Source of the DNA: Candidatus Auribacter fodinae
GTDB lineage: Bacteria; Auribacterota; Auribacteria; Auribacterales; Auribacteraceae
NCBI GenBank assembly: GCA_003599815.1
Contig: QZJZ01000101.1
Span: forward strand, 1-30,396
Reading direction: 5' to 3'
Length of the DNA stretch: 30,396 nucleotides
The notes under the pieces are model-generated. The model was given only the letters and a program-made list of their open reading frames with translations, did not search any database and was not told where the DNA came from. The position numbers and the translations under genes are program-made. Shown one piece after another: positions 6,962 to 15,893 of the stretch. Position 1 is the stretch's first letter, and each line of letters begins with the position of its first letter.

Positions 6962-9403
6962 TTAGTTTTTAACTTTTTTTAAGCCTTCGATAACAATATA
7001 TCGTTCCAGATCCGTTAATATTTCAGGTTGAAGAGAGCTGAGTGCGCGATATGCTCCGGGTACACCTAATGAGCTCAGTGAAACCAGCGCGGAACGACGA
7101 ACACTGGGACAGTGGTCGTCTACCAGCAGAGTCAGGTATTTCACCGACCGTTCGTCCTTTATTTCACCGAGTACCCCTGCGGCAATACGCCTCAGATAGA
7201 ATTGAGTCGCGTGTATGAAGGTGTCCATTTCTTTATATATCAGATCACCCTTTTTAACCAGCGCGTGATACGCATGCGCCGTGTAAAAAGAATGTTTAAG
7301 ATACGGTAACAGCGATTTGATCGTTGTACAAGCTTTATTTCTGCCGAAAGCATCTATGACTGTCCTGACAACAGGATACCCAACTTCTTCAGTATTATAC
7401 TGCCCGTCATTCAAAATAGCACAGAGAATTTTTTCTACTAAAGGATAATTAAAGTTCGCCAGCGCCTCTATGGCGGATAGTTTCAGAAACCAATTCCGTG
7501 ACGACGCTTTTTCTCTCAGCCACGGCAACGACGGTTCGTAGTGCAGTTTGCCCATTAAAGATGCCACGTATCCCTGAACGTACGGATCCGGGACATACTG
7601 AAGTTTCTGAAGCCCGTGAATACTTTCCGTACTTTTGTAATTATAAAGAAGTTCTGCGGCCGCGATCTGAACTCTGCGGCTTTGCATGGTATCAAGGTAA
7701 TTCAGCACCATGTCGAGCACCCATTCACTGTCAATATGCCCCATGGCTTTGACCACATGATACTGAATTGCCTCATCATTGCTGTCAAGGCATCGGTCAA
7801 AAAGATCGACCAGTTCCTTATGTCCGCCATATAGAGAAGCCAGGGTTTCCAGCGCATGTCCGACTACCGGTGTGCTTCCTTCCCTGATAACATCCACCAG
7901 AGCCTGATACAGTTCAGGATTTCTCAGCTGAGGGTCAGCATTATTCCGGCAGATAGAATATATGGCTTTCAGCGCGGCTATTTTAACATAGTTTTCCGTA
8001 TCCCTGAGGTATTTGCTGATCACCGGCACCAAACGCGGCAGGCCCAACAGTGAAAAAACCTGCAGTACAGTCGCGCGGAGATGCGAATTCGCGTTTTTCA
8101 GGCGATCCCGCAACTTGCTCACGACGAGTTCGGTATCAGGATACGCCGCAAGATTACGGCCCGCCGTCACGCAGACAATCTCATCAGGGTCGTCAAGCAT
8201 TTTAACCATAAGATCAACCACCTGAGGCAGTTCGCATTTACCTGCCCATTCGGCGGCTTCACGCCTCACACAAATATCCATATCAGCTAGATGATTCGAA
8301 AAGCATGAAAGGACTTCTTCCGCCCGGTGTTGAGGAAAAAAATACATTTGCAGTCGCTGGCAGGGCACGGAATACGATTCGCACTCCTGCATATCAATAT
8401 CCGGTACAGTCGACGGATCGACAAGCCGGACGATCATCTCAAAAAATTCAGGACGCTTGTCCACCCATAGCAGGGCATTTTCAAAAGAGATAGACGCGTT
8501 CATACGTTTCAGTACCCAGAGCAGTATTTTTGCCGATTGTTTATTTTCGTCCGGCATCATTTCGCATATTACCTGCGCGACCCGCGGGGGCAAAGAGCTG
8601 AGCTGATTATTGAAATATTCAAGGACAATGCCGTCCTGCTGGTATTCCATGGCGTCAAAAATAGAAAATTCTATTTTATGCAGCGCGGCACATGCGGCAC
8701 GCACAGAGGCTGGCGATACTGAATCCGACTGCAGAAGTTCGCACAGCGGTTCCACGCATGACGGGTCAGCGACAAGACCCATATAGCATATGGCAAAGCG
8801 TCCAAGCACTTCGTGTTCAAGCATGCTCGCCATCTGGGGAATCAACGTTTCATCAGGCATGCACATAAGAGCGCTCATAACTAAAAACGCACGCCATGGA
8901 TCACTTTCGTTAATTTCGCGAAGTCTTTCTGATAGAATCGGTATAGAGTCTTTATTACAACAAGCGCCGATCGCTTCGTATATCAGGTCTCTGACCTTCT
9001 CATCTTTTTCATTTTCAAGAGCCGCAAGCAAATGGGGGTACGCGTTCGAGTCGCGGATATTGCCCAGCATTTGGATAGCGGACATGCGGTTTTTTTTGTC
9101 GGATGATTTCAGTTGCCCGGCAATAATTTCTATTGCCCGGTCGCCGAACTGATGCAGTATGAATTCAGCGGCCTGCTGTGTCGGCAGATCGGACTTATCC
9201 GCCCGGCTGACCAACTGCTCCAGCACCGTATCGGATACAGCGCTGTCATCGGAATGCGCATCATCCGCAGATGAACGCCCCCATTTGGCGACAAAATCAT
9301 TCATTAATTTATTATGCTGGAGACAGGGAAGCTGTACTATTAAATGATCGTCATCCAACGCGAATTTCAGGAACTCATTGATATGGGATGTATTATTTTT
9401 CAT
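6962..9403 (-). CDS. Large HEAT-repeat (PBS-lyase-like) protein
   Basis: 813 aa of repeated approximately 30-aa helical-hairpin units with a recurring E..V(R)..A..ALG.IG signature. No catalytic motifs. Confidence 0.75.
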   Translation of the reverse strand: MKNNTSHINEFLKFALDDDHLIVQLPCLQHNKLMNDFVAKWGRSSADDAHSDDSAVSDTVLEQLVSRADKSDLPTQQAAEFILHQFGDRAIEIIAGQLKSSDKKNRMSAIQMLGNIRDSNAYPHLLAALENEKDEKVRDLIYEAIGACCNKDSIPILSERLREINESDPWRAFLVMSALMCMPDETLIPQMASMLEHEVLGRFAICYMGLVADPSCVEPLCELLQSDSVSPASVRAACAALHKIEFSIFDAMEYQQDGIVLEYFNNQLSSLPPRVAQVICEMMPDENKQSAKILLWVLKRMNASISFENALLWVDKRPEFFEMIVRLVDPSTVPDIDMQECESYSVPCQRLQMYFFPQHRAEEVLSCFSNHLADMDICVRREAAEWAGKCELPQVVDLMVKMLDDPDEIVCVTAGRNLAAYPDTELVVSKLRDRLKNANSHLRATVLQVFSLLGLPRLVPVISKYLRDTENYVKIAALKAIYSICRNNADPQLRNPELYQALVDVIREGSTPVVGHALETLASLYGGHKELVDLFDRCLDSNDEAIQYHVVKAMGHIDSEWVLDMVLNYLDTMQSRRVQIAAAELLYNYKSTESIHGLQKLQYVPDPYVQGYVASLMGKLHYEPSLPWLREKASSRNWFLKLSAIEALANFNYPLVEKILCAILNDGQYNTEEVGYPVVRTVIDAFGRNKACTTIKSLLPYLKHSFYTAHAYHALVKKGDLIYKEMDTFIHATQFYLRRIAAGVLGEIKDERSVKYLTLLVDDHCPSVRRSALVSLSSLGVPGAYRALSSLQPEILTDLERYIVIEGLKKVKN

Positions 9404-9428
9404 TGTTGATCTATGCCGGTATCGGGTA

Positions 9429-10862
9429 TCACAAAGATACCCACTGTATTAAACGTACCTTTTCATCAAGGTAAAATTTCGTATATTTCATTTCTTCTTC
9501 AATAACCATCTTTTTCCCTTTTATGGAAATCTTCGATCCCGGATAGATGGTGCCGCGCACCTTGATAAAAGCAGGCTCACTGCTGATGGCAGACTCCAGT
9601 GCGGCATCACGTTCCGCAATAAGATCTTTTTTCTGCTGTTTCAACTGCTTGTACATATCAATAATCTTGCGCAGTTCAGCCGGCTGGTTCTGATAAAGAA
9701 CATCCAGAAACTCTTCAGGCATATTGCATATGCCTTCGCCCAGCGAATTCTGGATCTTCTCTATATTCTGTTCACAGAACTGTATTTTCTGAGATATTTC
9801 CTGAACGCGTTGTTTCAGCTCAGGCTGAACACCTGCTTCAAGAAAGGTTTCCGTGCCGGTAGGAGACCCGACATCCTTAACCATAATTTCCTTGCCTGCC
9901 GATGTCACGCCGCCAACGATTGTATCGTCCACTTGGATTCTGTCACACGCAATCAATTTACTGCCATAGACAGATTTTTTGACCATAATGGACTCTTCGC
10001 TGTACACGGTAGAATTCTGAATATAGCTCACCAGAATAGATCCGCCACATTTCACCACACTTTTATGCGACCCGACAATACCGCATTTAACCTTTAATGT
10101 GCCGCCGCACTCCACTGAAGCGTCAGTTACATTCTCACCAATATACACATCACCGCGTGCCTTGACATAAAAATCCGGTATCACTGAGCCCGTAACAGCG
10201 ACCGTGCCGGGAAAATCCACACAGCCGGTTTCAAAGTTGACATCGCCCTCTATCTGGCGCACACCAAGCACAGCCAGATAATTTTTCCGGTACATCAGCC
10301 TGCCGTCTATATTTGATATGTATACCTTTTTTTCTTCGTCAAATTCGACATTGTCTATTTGAATATTAAGCTTTTTTCCATGCTTTGATTTGACAGGGTT
10401 ACCATCAACAAGAATACCATCTTCACCAAGAGTCGGGTCATGATGACGCGCGATCATCTGCCCCTTTTTTATTTTAATGATGGTTTCTTTTTGTTTGTAA
10501 TCTATACTTCCGTCTTCTTTTTCCTTGCCGACAGACTGAACCACGGTATTGACCAGCATTTCAACACGCCCGTCTTTACCGTCTTTAGGCGGGGTACCCA
10601 CAGCAACGCGGATGTTCTCGAGGTTATCGCCGCTTTCTGCGAGTTTTCTTGATATTTCGCTCAGCATCGGGAACTTAATACCATGCACAACACCAAAATC
10701 AACCAGCTTATCTTTCAGTTCAAGAGGAGAAACAGTAATTGGTTCCCCATTTTTCGGATACACACTTAAAACAGCCTGCATCTTATCATGAGAAACCTTG
10801 ATTACGAATTTCGTCTCTTTTTGTGAGGATGTGGTATTTAAACGTTGATCGAGATGTTCCAT
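9429..10862 (-). CDS. FapA-family (DUF342) protein: N-terminal domain, right-handed beta-helix repeats and C-terminal coiled coil
   Basis: 477 aa. Repetitive G-rich beta-helix-like segment (GTVAVTGSVI..VKARGDVYIGENV..GGTLKVKCGIVG..). Coiled-coil tail. Sits in a cluster with cheY/cheX. Confidence 0.65.
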   Translation of the reverse strand: MEHLDQRLNTTSSQKETKFVIKVSHDKMQAVLSVYPKNGEPITVSPLELKDKLVDFGVVHGIKFPMLSEISRKLAESGDNLENIRVAVGTPPKDGKDGRVEMLVNTVVQSVGKEKEDGSIDYKQKETIIKIKKGQMIARHHDPTLGEDGILVDGNPVKSKHGKKLNIQIDNVEFDEEKKVYISNIDGRLMYRKNYLAVLGVRQIEGDVNFETGCVDFPGTVAVTGSVIPDFYVKARGDVYIGENVTDASVECGGTLKVKCGIVGSHKSVVKCGGSILVSYIQNSTVYSEESIMVKKSVYGSKLIACDRIQVDDTIVGGVTSAGKEIMVKDVGSPTGTETFLEAGVQPELKQRVQEISQKIQFCEQNIEKIQNSLGEGICNMPEEFLDVLYQNQPAELRKIIDMYKQLKQQKKDLIAERDAALESAISSEPAFIKVRGTIYPGSKISIKGKKMVIEEEMKYTKFYLDEKVRLIQWVSL

Positions 10863-10918
10863 TGTTTATGTTCCGATCCTGAGCCGTCTGTTCCGCTGTG
10901 CCGCGCGAAACCGGGTTA

Positions 10919-11257
10919 TTAGACTGTAAAACTTGCTACTGCCTCATCTTCGTTCTGATAAATGTCAAATACCTTGCGCAGGTTGGTAAAACTGAACAAA
11001 TCTTCAAGTTGAGGCTGTAACGCGCAGAGTTTCAGGTTTCCACCGCTGGCGTTCGCCAGTTTGTACAAGGCGATAAGTTCACGGAGGCCGGCGCTGTTGC
11101 TGTAACTCAATTCCTTGAAATCAAGAACGATGTTCACCTTTTCTGATTCAATAAGTTTTTCAATGTTTTTGCGAAGGTATTCCGAGCTTTCATTATCCAG
11201 TTCACCCTTGAGATGGACGACAGAAACCTCGAGATTGCTTTTTGTCGTAATTTCCAT
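10919..11257 (-). CDS. STAS-domain anti-sigma-factor antagonist (SpoIIAA/RsbV-like)
   Basis: 112 aa. LDFKELSYSNSAGLREL carries the conserved phosphorylatable Ser region. AGGAGG RBS. Confidence 0.8.
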   Translation of the reverse strand: MEITTKSNLEVSVVHLKGELDNESSEYLRKNIEKLIESEKVNIVLDFKELSYSNSAGLRELIALYKLANASGGNLKLCALQPQLEDLFSFTNLRKVFDIYQNEDEAVASFTV

Positions 11258-11304
11258 GTGCGATTCCTCCTATTGTATCTGAACTTTACGTTATGATCGT
11301 ATCG

Positions 11305-12177
11305 TCAGCGGGTTGACCATACCCCGCTATCCATTTGCCGGGTACCGTCCCCTGCATTTTTCGCTTTGGCATATTTAACCAGCATTACTTCGTTGCCTTT
11401 ATCGTTGTAGTACACTTCATCCATATAGTAACTGATTAACAATACACCCCGCCCTCCCTCACGGTGGAGGTTGCTCGGATCTTTCGGATCCGGTACTTGC
11501 GAGACATCAAACCCCGGGCCTTCGTCACGAATCGTGACCATCAGTTTCTGCGGCGAGATCTGAGTCCTTATTTTTACCTTTTTATCAATATTGCTGTGAT
11601 TGCCATGTTTGATAGCGTTGTTAAGCGCTTCATCAATGGCAAGTTTCACCCGCATGGAAAACTCGTCTTCAGGAAACCCCAACTGCCGGGCTCCCTGATA
11701 AATATGATGAATTACACTACGGATGAGCATAACATCGCTCGGCATATCGAAACTCATTTCAACAGTCAGAAACGGGAGCACTTCTTTCTGTTTATCGGAA
11801 AATTTCTTAACCTCAAGCCCTTTTTTGACAATGCGCGTCAACTCTTCGATTTCAAACGGTTTGCGGCAGAAGTTAAATGCTCCGCTTTTCAACGCTTTGA
11901 CCGCTATTTCCTCGTTGCCGCCGCCGGTTATCACAATAACCGGTAAATCAGGCGATATCCTTTTTATCTCTTCCATAAGGACAATACCGTTCATCCCCGG
12001 CATATTCACATCAGTGATTACCAAATCAAAGGCATTTGCCCGCAAGGTTTCCAGAGCAGAAGCGCCGTTTAACACAGTAGTGACCGCACAGTTCTGCCTG
12101 TTCAGAATATCTTTAAGCAAACAACAGATGAGTTCATCGTCATCTACAACAAGAATGTGTCCAAGAACCTGATCCAT
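11305..12177 (-). CDS. Response-regulator receiver domain fused to an RsbW/SpoIIAB-like anti-sigma serine kinase (HATPase_c_2)
   Basis: N-terminal REC (VVDDDE..D..NMPGMNG..K). C-terminal LAIDEALNNAIKHGN plus DEGPGFD and GRG motifs typical of partner-switching kinases. Confidence 0.8.
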   Translation of the reverse strand: MDQVLGHILVVDDDELICCLLKDILNRQNCAVTTVLNGASALETLRANAFDLVITDVNMPGMNGIVLMEEIKRISPDLPVIVITGGGNEEIAVKALKSGAFNFCRKPFEIEELTRIVKKGLEVKKFSDKQKEVLPFLTVEMSFDMPSDVMLIRSVIHHIYQGARQLGFPEDEFSMRVKLAIDEALNNAIKHGNHSNIDKKVKIRTQISPQKLMVTIRDEGPGFDVSQVPDPKDPSNLHREGGRGVLLISYYMDEVYYNDKGNEVMLVKYAKAKNAGDGTRQMDSGVWSTR

Positions 12178-12354
12178 TAAATCTCTTCGCTTTTATACAT
12201 TATTTTTTCTGTTACATACCATGAACGCATGATTCAAGCTGGTTTAAACTAGTAACAATATCGGCAGGCTGGATTTATTACTTTAGTAACAGATTGCGCT
12301 TTCGTGACAAGATATTTACGCACGGGCAATTTTCAGGGAAAACAAGGTAAAGAG

Positions 12355-12390
12355 GCAAAAAAAAGCCCCCGTTTTATCCACGGGGGCTTA
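12355..12390 (-). terminator. Rho-independent terminator downstream of rpmB
   Basis: On the minus strand: GCCCCCG-TGGATAAAA-CGGGGGC followed by T8. Confidence 0.7.
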
Positions 12391-12454
12391 TATACATATT
12401 ATATTGATACGCAAAATGATATATTACATTCTATAAACAATAGTGTACAATTAT

Positions 12455-12688
12455 TTAGTTCGCTTTTTTAACAAAACCGCTTTTAATGCATGATGTGCAT
12501 GCTCTGATGCGTTTGATTCCGCCGTTATCGAGTTTAACCTTGACAGACTGAAGGTTCGGCAGAAACCGTCTCAGAGTTACACCGGTAATGTTTTTTCCAA
12601 CACCGCCTTTTTTCTTCGCAAGACCGCGCCGTGCTATCGAACAGCCTGATGAAGGCCCTTTTCCGCAAATATCACATGTTTTAGCCAT
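12455..12688 (-). CDS. rpmB: 50S ribosomal protein L28, zinc-ribbon (C+) form
   Basis: 77 aa. MAKTCDICGKGP...RRFLPNL...CTSCIKSG matches the bacterial L28 pattern with 4 Cys. Confidence 0.85.
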   Translation of the reverse strand: MAKTCDICGKGPSSGCSIARRGLAKKKGGVGKNITGVTLRRFLPNLQSVKVKLDNGGIKRIRACTSCIKSGFVKKAN

Positions 12689-12790
12689 TTATCTGTCCCC
12701 TTATTCGTTATTTTCATGGATTTGTAAAATGCTATAGTATATTATGATCGTATCGATAAATCAACCTCTTTTTTTTAGGAAAAAACAATT

Positions 12791-13606
12791 ATGGCGTCAT
12801 TTTTCGCCGCGGCTATACAAATAAATTCCGGTCAGGATATACAACATAACCTCGACAAAGCGATATCATACATACACGAAGCGGCACAAAGCGGCGCGTC
12901 ATTAGTCGCTTTGCCGGAATATGTTCTGTATATCGGCCCGGATAAATCAATTTCGTTTTCCGACGAATCTCCCGAGATCGCCGCTCTATGCAATGCCGCG
13001 CGCAGGCATGCCATTTTTCTGCTTGCCGGAACCATCCAAAAAAAAATTCAGGGCAGAACGAAATGTTATAACACGTCTCTATTAATTAACCCTGAAGGAA
13101 AAATTACAGCGTCATATAACAAGATGCACCTGTTCGATGTGCGTATCGGCGACTCGCGAGAATACAACGAATCATCGTTTCTCGAGCCGGGTTCCGAAAC
13201 AGCCTGCGCTGACACTGCGTTGGGGAAAATCGGATTGAGTATCTGCTATGACCTGCGGTTCCCCGAACTATACCGGATTCTGGCTAAAGCCGGAGCAGTC
13301 ATTCTGTGTGTGCCGTCGAATTTCGCGTATGTGACCGGCAAAGACCACTGGCAGGTTCTGCTTCGTGCCAGAGCCATAGAAAACACCGCTTTTGTGATCG
13401 CCCCGAACCAGTGCGGCATAAAGTACGATGGCAACACCAGTTACGGAAAATCCGCCATTATCTGCCCGTGGGGCGCTGTGCTTACCGAGGCGTCGGGTTC
13501 GGACGAGGAAATCATCTATGCGCAGATTGATATGGATCACCGTGCGAATGTGTGCGCGAAAATCCCGTCTCTGGACAACATGCGCATCGACATTCCGAAT
13601 CCGTAA
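12791..13606 (+). CDS. Carbon-nitrogen hydrolase (nitrilase superfamily, Nit-like amidohydrolase)
   Basis: E-K-C triad contexts: ALPEY, YNKMHLFD, SICYDLRFPE. 271 aa. Confidence 0.85.
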   Translation: MASFFAAAIQINSGQDIQHNLDKAISYIHEAAQSGASLVALPEYVLYIGPDKSISFSDESPEIAALCNAARRHAIFLLAGTIQKKIQGRTKCYNTSLLINPEGKITASYNKMHLFDVRIGDSREYNESSFLEPGSETACADTALGKIGLSICYDLRFPELYRILAKAGAVILCVPSNFAYVTGKDHWQVLLRARAIENTAFVIAPNQCGIKYDGNTSYGKSAIICPWGAVLTEASGSDEEIIYAQIDMDHRANVCAKIPSLDNMRIDIPNP

Positions 13607-13679
13607 TGTGTCACAAAGCAGAACGCTATTGTGTCAAAATACTTAACTATACATTTTATTAATTATATGGAGAAAATAT

Positions 13680-14093
13680 ATGACTCTACAAGCCTGTGTG
13701 TTCTGCCAGCCCGATAAGCGATACGTCATTGCGGACAGCGTCTACAGCGTTGCGGTTTGTTTTCCCGACGCGGTGATAAAGCGGGGCCATTTTGTGGTGG
13801 CGGTGAAAGATCATGTGACATCGTTTACCGATCTCAGCCCGGAGCAGGCGTCAGACCTGATGTCGTTCGCGGCGCGGCTGGCGAAAAAAGCTGAAGCATT
13901 GGTGCGGGCAGAAAAATATTATCTGGTTGCGATAGCGGATCAGGTGCGTCATTTTCATCTGCACCTGTTGCCGAAGATGCCCGGCGACGCTCCGATCGGG
14001 AAGCATATCATGTCTGATTCCGGTTGGAAAGCTGAGGTGGGGGAATGCGTTTCACCGGATGCAATTCAGGATTTTATTTGCATGCTGAAGTGA
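13680..14093 (+). CDS. HIT-family (histidine triad) nucleotide hydrolase/transferase
   Basis: HFHLHLLP is the HxHxHxx histidine triad. 137 aa. 73 nt downstream of the nitrilase gene with a GGAGAAAAT RBS. Confidence 0.85.
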   Translation: MTLQACVFCQPDKRYVIADSVYSVAVCFPDAVIKRGHFVVAVKDHVTSFTDLSPEQASDLMSFAARLAKKAEALVRAEKYYLVAIADQVRHFHLHLLPKMPGDAPIGKHIMSDSGWKAEVGECVSPDAIQDFICMLK

Positions 14094-14520
14094 GTGACAT
14101 CGAATGTTTGATTTTTTACATAGAACTGGGTATCTCGGTACTTACCGACAGTTAAATTAGCGAACAGACTGCTATTCAAACTGCTCTGAAGTCAGATAGT
14201 TCAACAGATACACAACATTATCCGAACCGCCACCCTGATCCATATAAAATATCACCTTGTCCTTGAATACAAAATTGTTTTCCTGATTCACGAATTAAGA
14301 AACGGTCAGATCTGATGTATACAGCGTTCCGGCCACCCTCATCATGCGCTTTCAGTTTACTGAATCAATCCGATATCTGAACCCGCTCCCGTAATACTAA
14401 TCTTAATTAATATTACAGAGGATATTTCCTCACTACCTCAAAAAAGGCTTAATAAGCTGATTTTTGTATATGGTTTCAAGCATATCAGCGATAGTTTAAT
14501 GCTATGAAAGGAAGGCGACA

Positions 14521-14766
14521 ATGAAATATTTTATCATTTTAAATTTATTAATAATGTCCATGTCAATAAACGGTTGCTCAAACCCATGGGGCGCCGCCGG
14601 ATTAGGAGCCGCAGGCGGAGCGGCGGCAGGCGTCAGCAGTTATGAAATCAACGCAAAAAAGGAAATGGACAGAATTAAAGATGATTATGATGATGGAAAA
14701 ATAACAAAAGAAGAATACGAAATACGAAAAGATCAGATTGAGCGAATGGCTATTTTTCAAAGATAA
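14521..14766 (+). CDS. Small lipoprotein with glycine-zipper and SHOCT-like C-terminal motif
   Basis: Lipobox (SINGC). GAAGLGAAGGAAAG glycine zipper. GKITKEEYEIRKDQI resembles the SHOCT short C-terminal domain. GGAAGG RBS. Confidence 0.5.
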   Translation: MKYFIILNLLIMSMSINGCSNPWGAAGLGAAGGAAAGVSSYEINAKKEMDRIKDDYDDGKITKEEYEIRKDQIERMAIFQR

Positions 14767-14873
14767 CTAAAAGAGAACCTATCGATCAATCCTGACTTTT
14801 CTTTTCGGTTAGAGTTTCATTGAACGGGGTGCAGATTATAGTTATATTTCAGCACGTTCAAAGGAGAAAGATA

Positions 14874-15137
14874 ATGAAAAAATTTAATACGCTGTTTGCC
14901 GCTGTAATGATTGGACTGCTTCTGTTTTCCGGTTGTGCTCGCGATACAGTCGTAAGAAAAGAAACTACCCACACACCAGATGGTGACGTTATTATTGAAG
15001 AAGAAATCGTGACCAGAGAAAAGGACGACGGTTTTCGCGACGACCCAAGCATTCTCGGAGCAGTTTTCTTTGTTATCGGAGAAGTAGTGGCTTTACCGTT
15101 CAGAATTGTTGGCGGCGCGTTTGACTTAATCTTTTAG
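14874..15137 (+). CDS. Small lipoprotein (88 aa from the internal ATG with AAGGAGAAAG RBS)
   Basis: MKKFNTLFAAVMIGLLLFSGC gives a signal peptide plus lipobox. The ORF-track start at 14820 lacks an RBS. Confidence 0.5.
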   Translation: MKKFNTLFAAVMIGLLLFSGCARDTVVRKETTHTPDGDVIIEEEIVTREKDDGFRDDPSILGAVFFVIGEVVALPFRIVGGAFDLIF

Positions 15138-15163
15138 AAATTGAGGGAAAAAGCTGAAACATA

Positions 15164-15190
15164 ATTAATTGGGGACACATCCCAATTTTA
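15164..15190. repeat. Left terminal inverted repeat / subterminal hairpin of the transposase element
   Basis: AATTAATTGGGGACACATCCCAATTTT. Its reverse complement matches 15894-15923 at 18 contiguous positions plus flanking AATTAA. Confidence 0.6.
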
Positions 15191-15856
15191 GTCTGATTTT
15201 TTGGGGCGTCCTACGGGGCGTTTGGTTAAGTCTCTTTTTGTCAGCTTCATTACTTTTTCATAGAAACGCATGGAACCTATCGGATAACCTCTGCTCGTTG
15301 ACCGTGATATCATCTCATATTGACCTGAATTCGGCGGTAACTTTAAAAACTCAAGATATTCTTCCCGATTAGCATATTCAGGAAAAATATCGTCCAGAAA
15401 TTCCGGGGTTTTTCCTGATACCCGATACTTTGCGCTTCCCCACTCATATTGTTCCGGCTGACCCACTATCCCGGCACGCACGGCATTTCGCTCGATATAT
15501 CGGCACACCGCTAACAAATACGTGTCTGTTTCCACCGGCGACGAAAAAAACCTGCATTCCCATAACCTGCCGGTTCGCTTGTATTTGTCATTGGCGTACT
15601 GCGTGTATTTTAAAGCAACTTTCTGCATGAACTTAGACAACGATTCCGCCTTCAAGGGAATTATTAAAAGATGCACATGGTTATCCATCAAGCAATACGA
15701 CAAAACCTTGCACTCGGTATCCTGCTTGTATCGTTGGACTAAAGCGAGGTATTCCTGGCGATCCTGATCGTCTTCGAAGATCGCCTGTTTGTTGTTCCCT
15801 CGTTGGACAACATGATGAGGGTAATCTGGTATAATAATGCGTGGTATTCTTGCCAT
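15188..15856 (-). CDS. IS200-like / REP-associated tyrosine (Y1, HuH) transposase
   Basis: MARIPRIIIPDYPHHVVQRGNN.. followed by the HuH motif MDNHVHLLI and catalytic Tyr context RYIERNAV. Likely ATG at 15856; the ORF-track start at 15880 is a TTG. Confidence 0.8.
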   Translation of the reverse strand: MARIPRIIIPDYPHHVVQRGNNKQAIFEDDQDRQEYLALVQRYKQDTECKVLSYCLMDNHVHLLIIPLKAESLSKFMQKVALKYTQYANDKYKRTGRLWECRFFSSPVETDTYLLAVCRYIERNAVRAGIVGQPEQYEWGSAKYRVSGKTPEFLDDIFPEYANREEYLEFLKLPPNSGQYEMISRSTSRGYPIGSMRFYEKVMKLTKRDLTKRPVGRPKKSD

Positions 15857-15893
15857 AAATACATAGTATGAGCCGATCAAAAAGTTGTCAAGA

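Noticed and set aside
7112-9347. Numerous 60-120 aa plus-strand ORFs within the HEAT-repeat gene
   Set aside because: All are nested antisense to a single continuous 813-aa frame with a consistent repeat signature.
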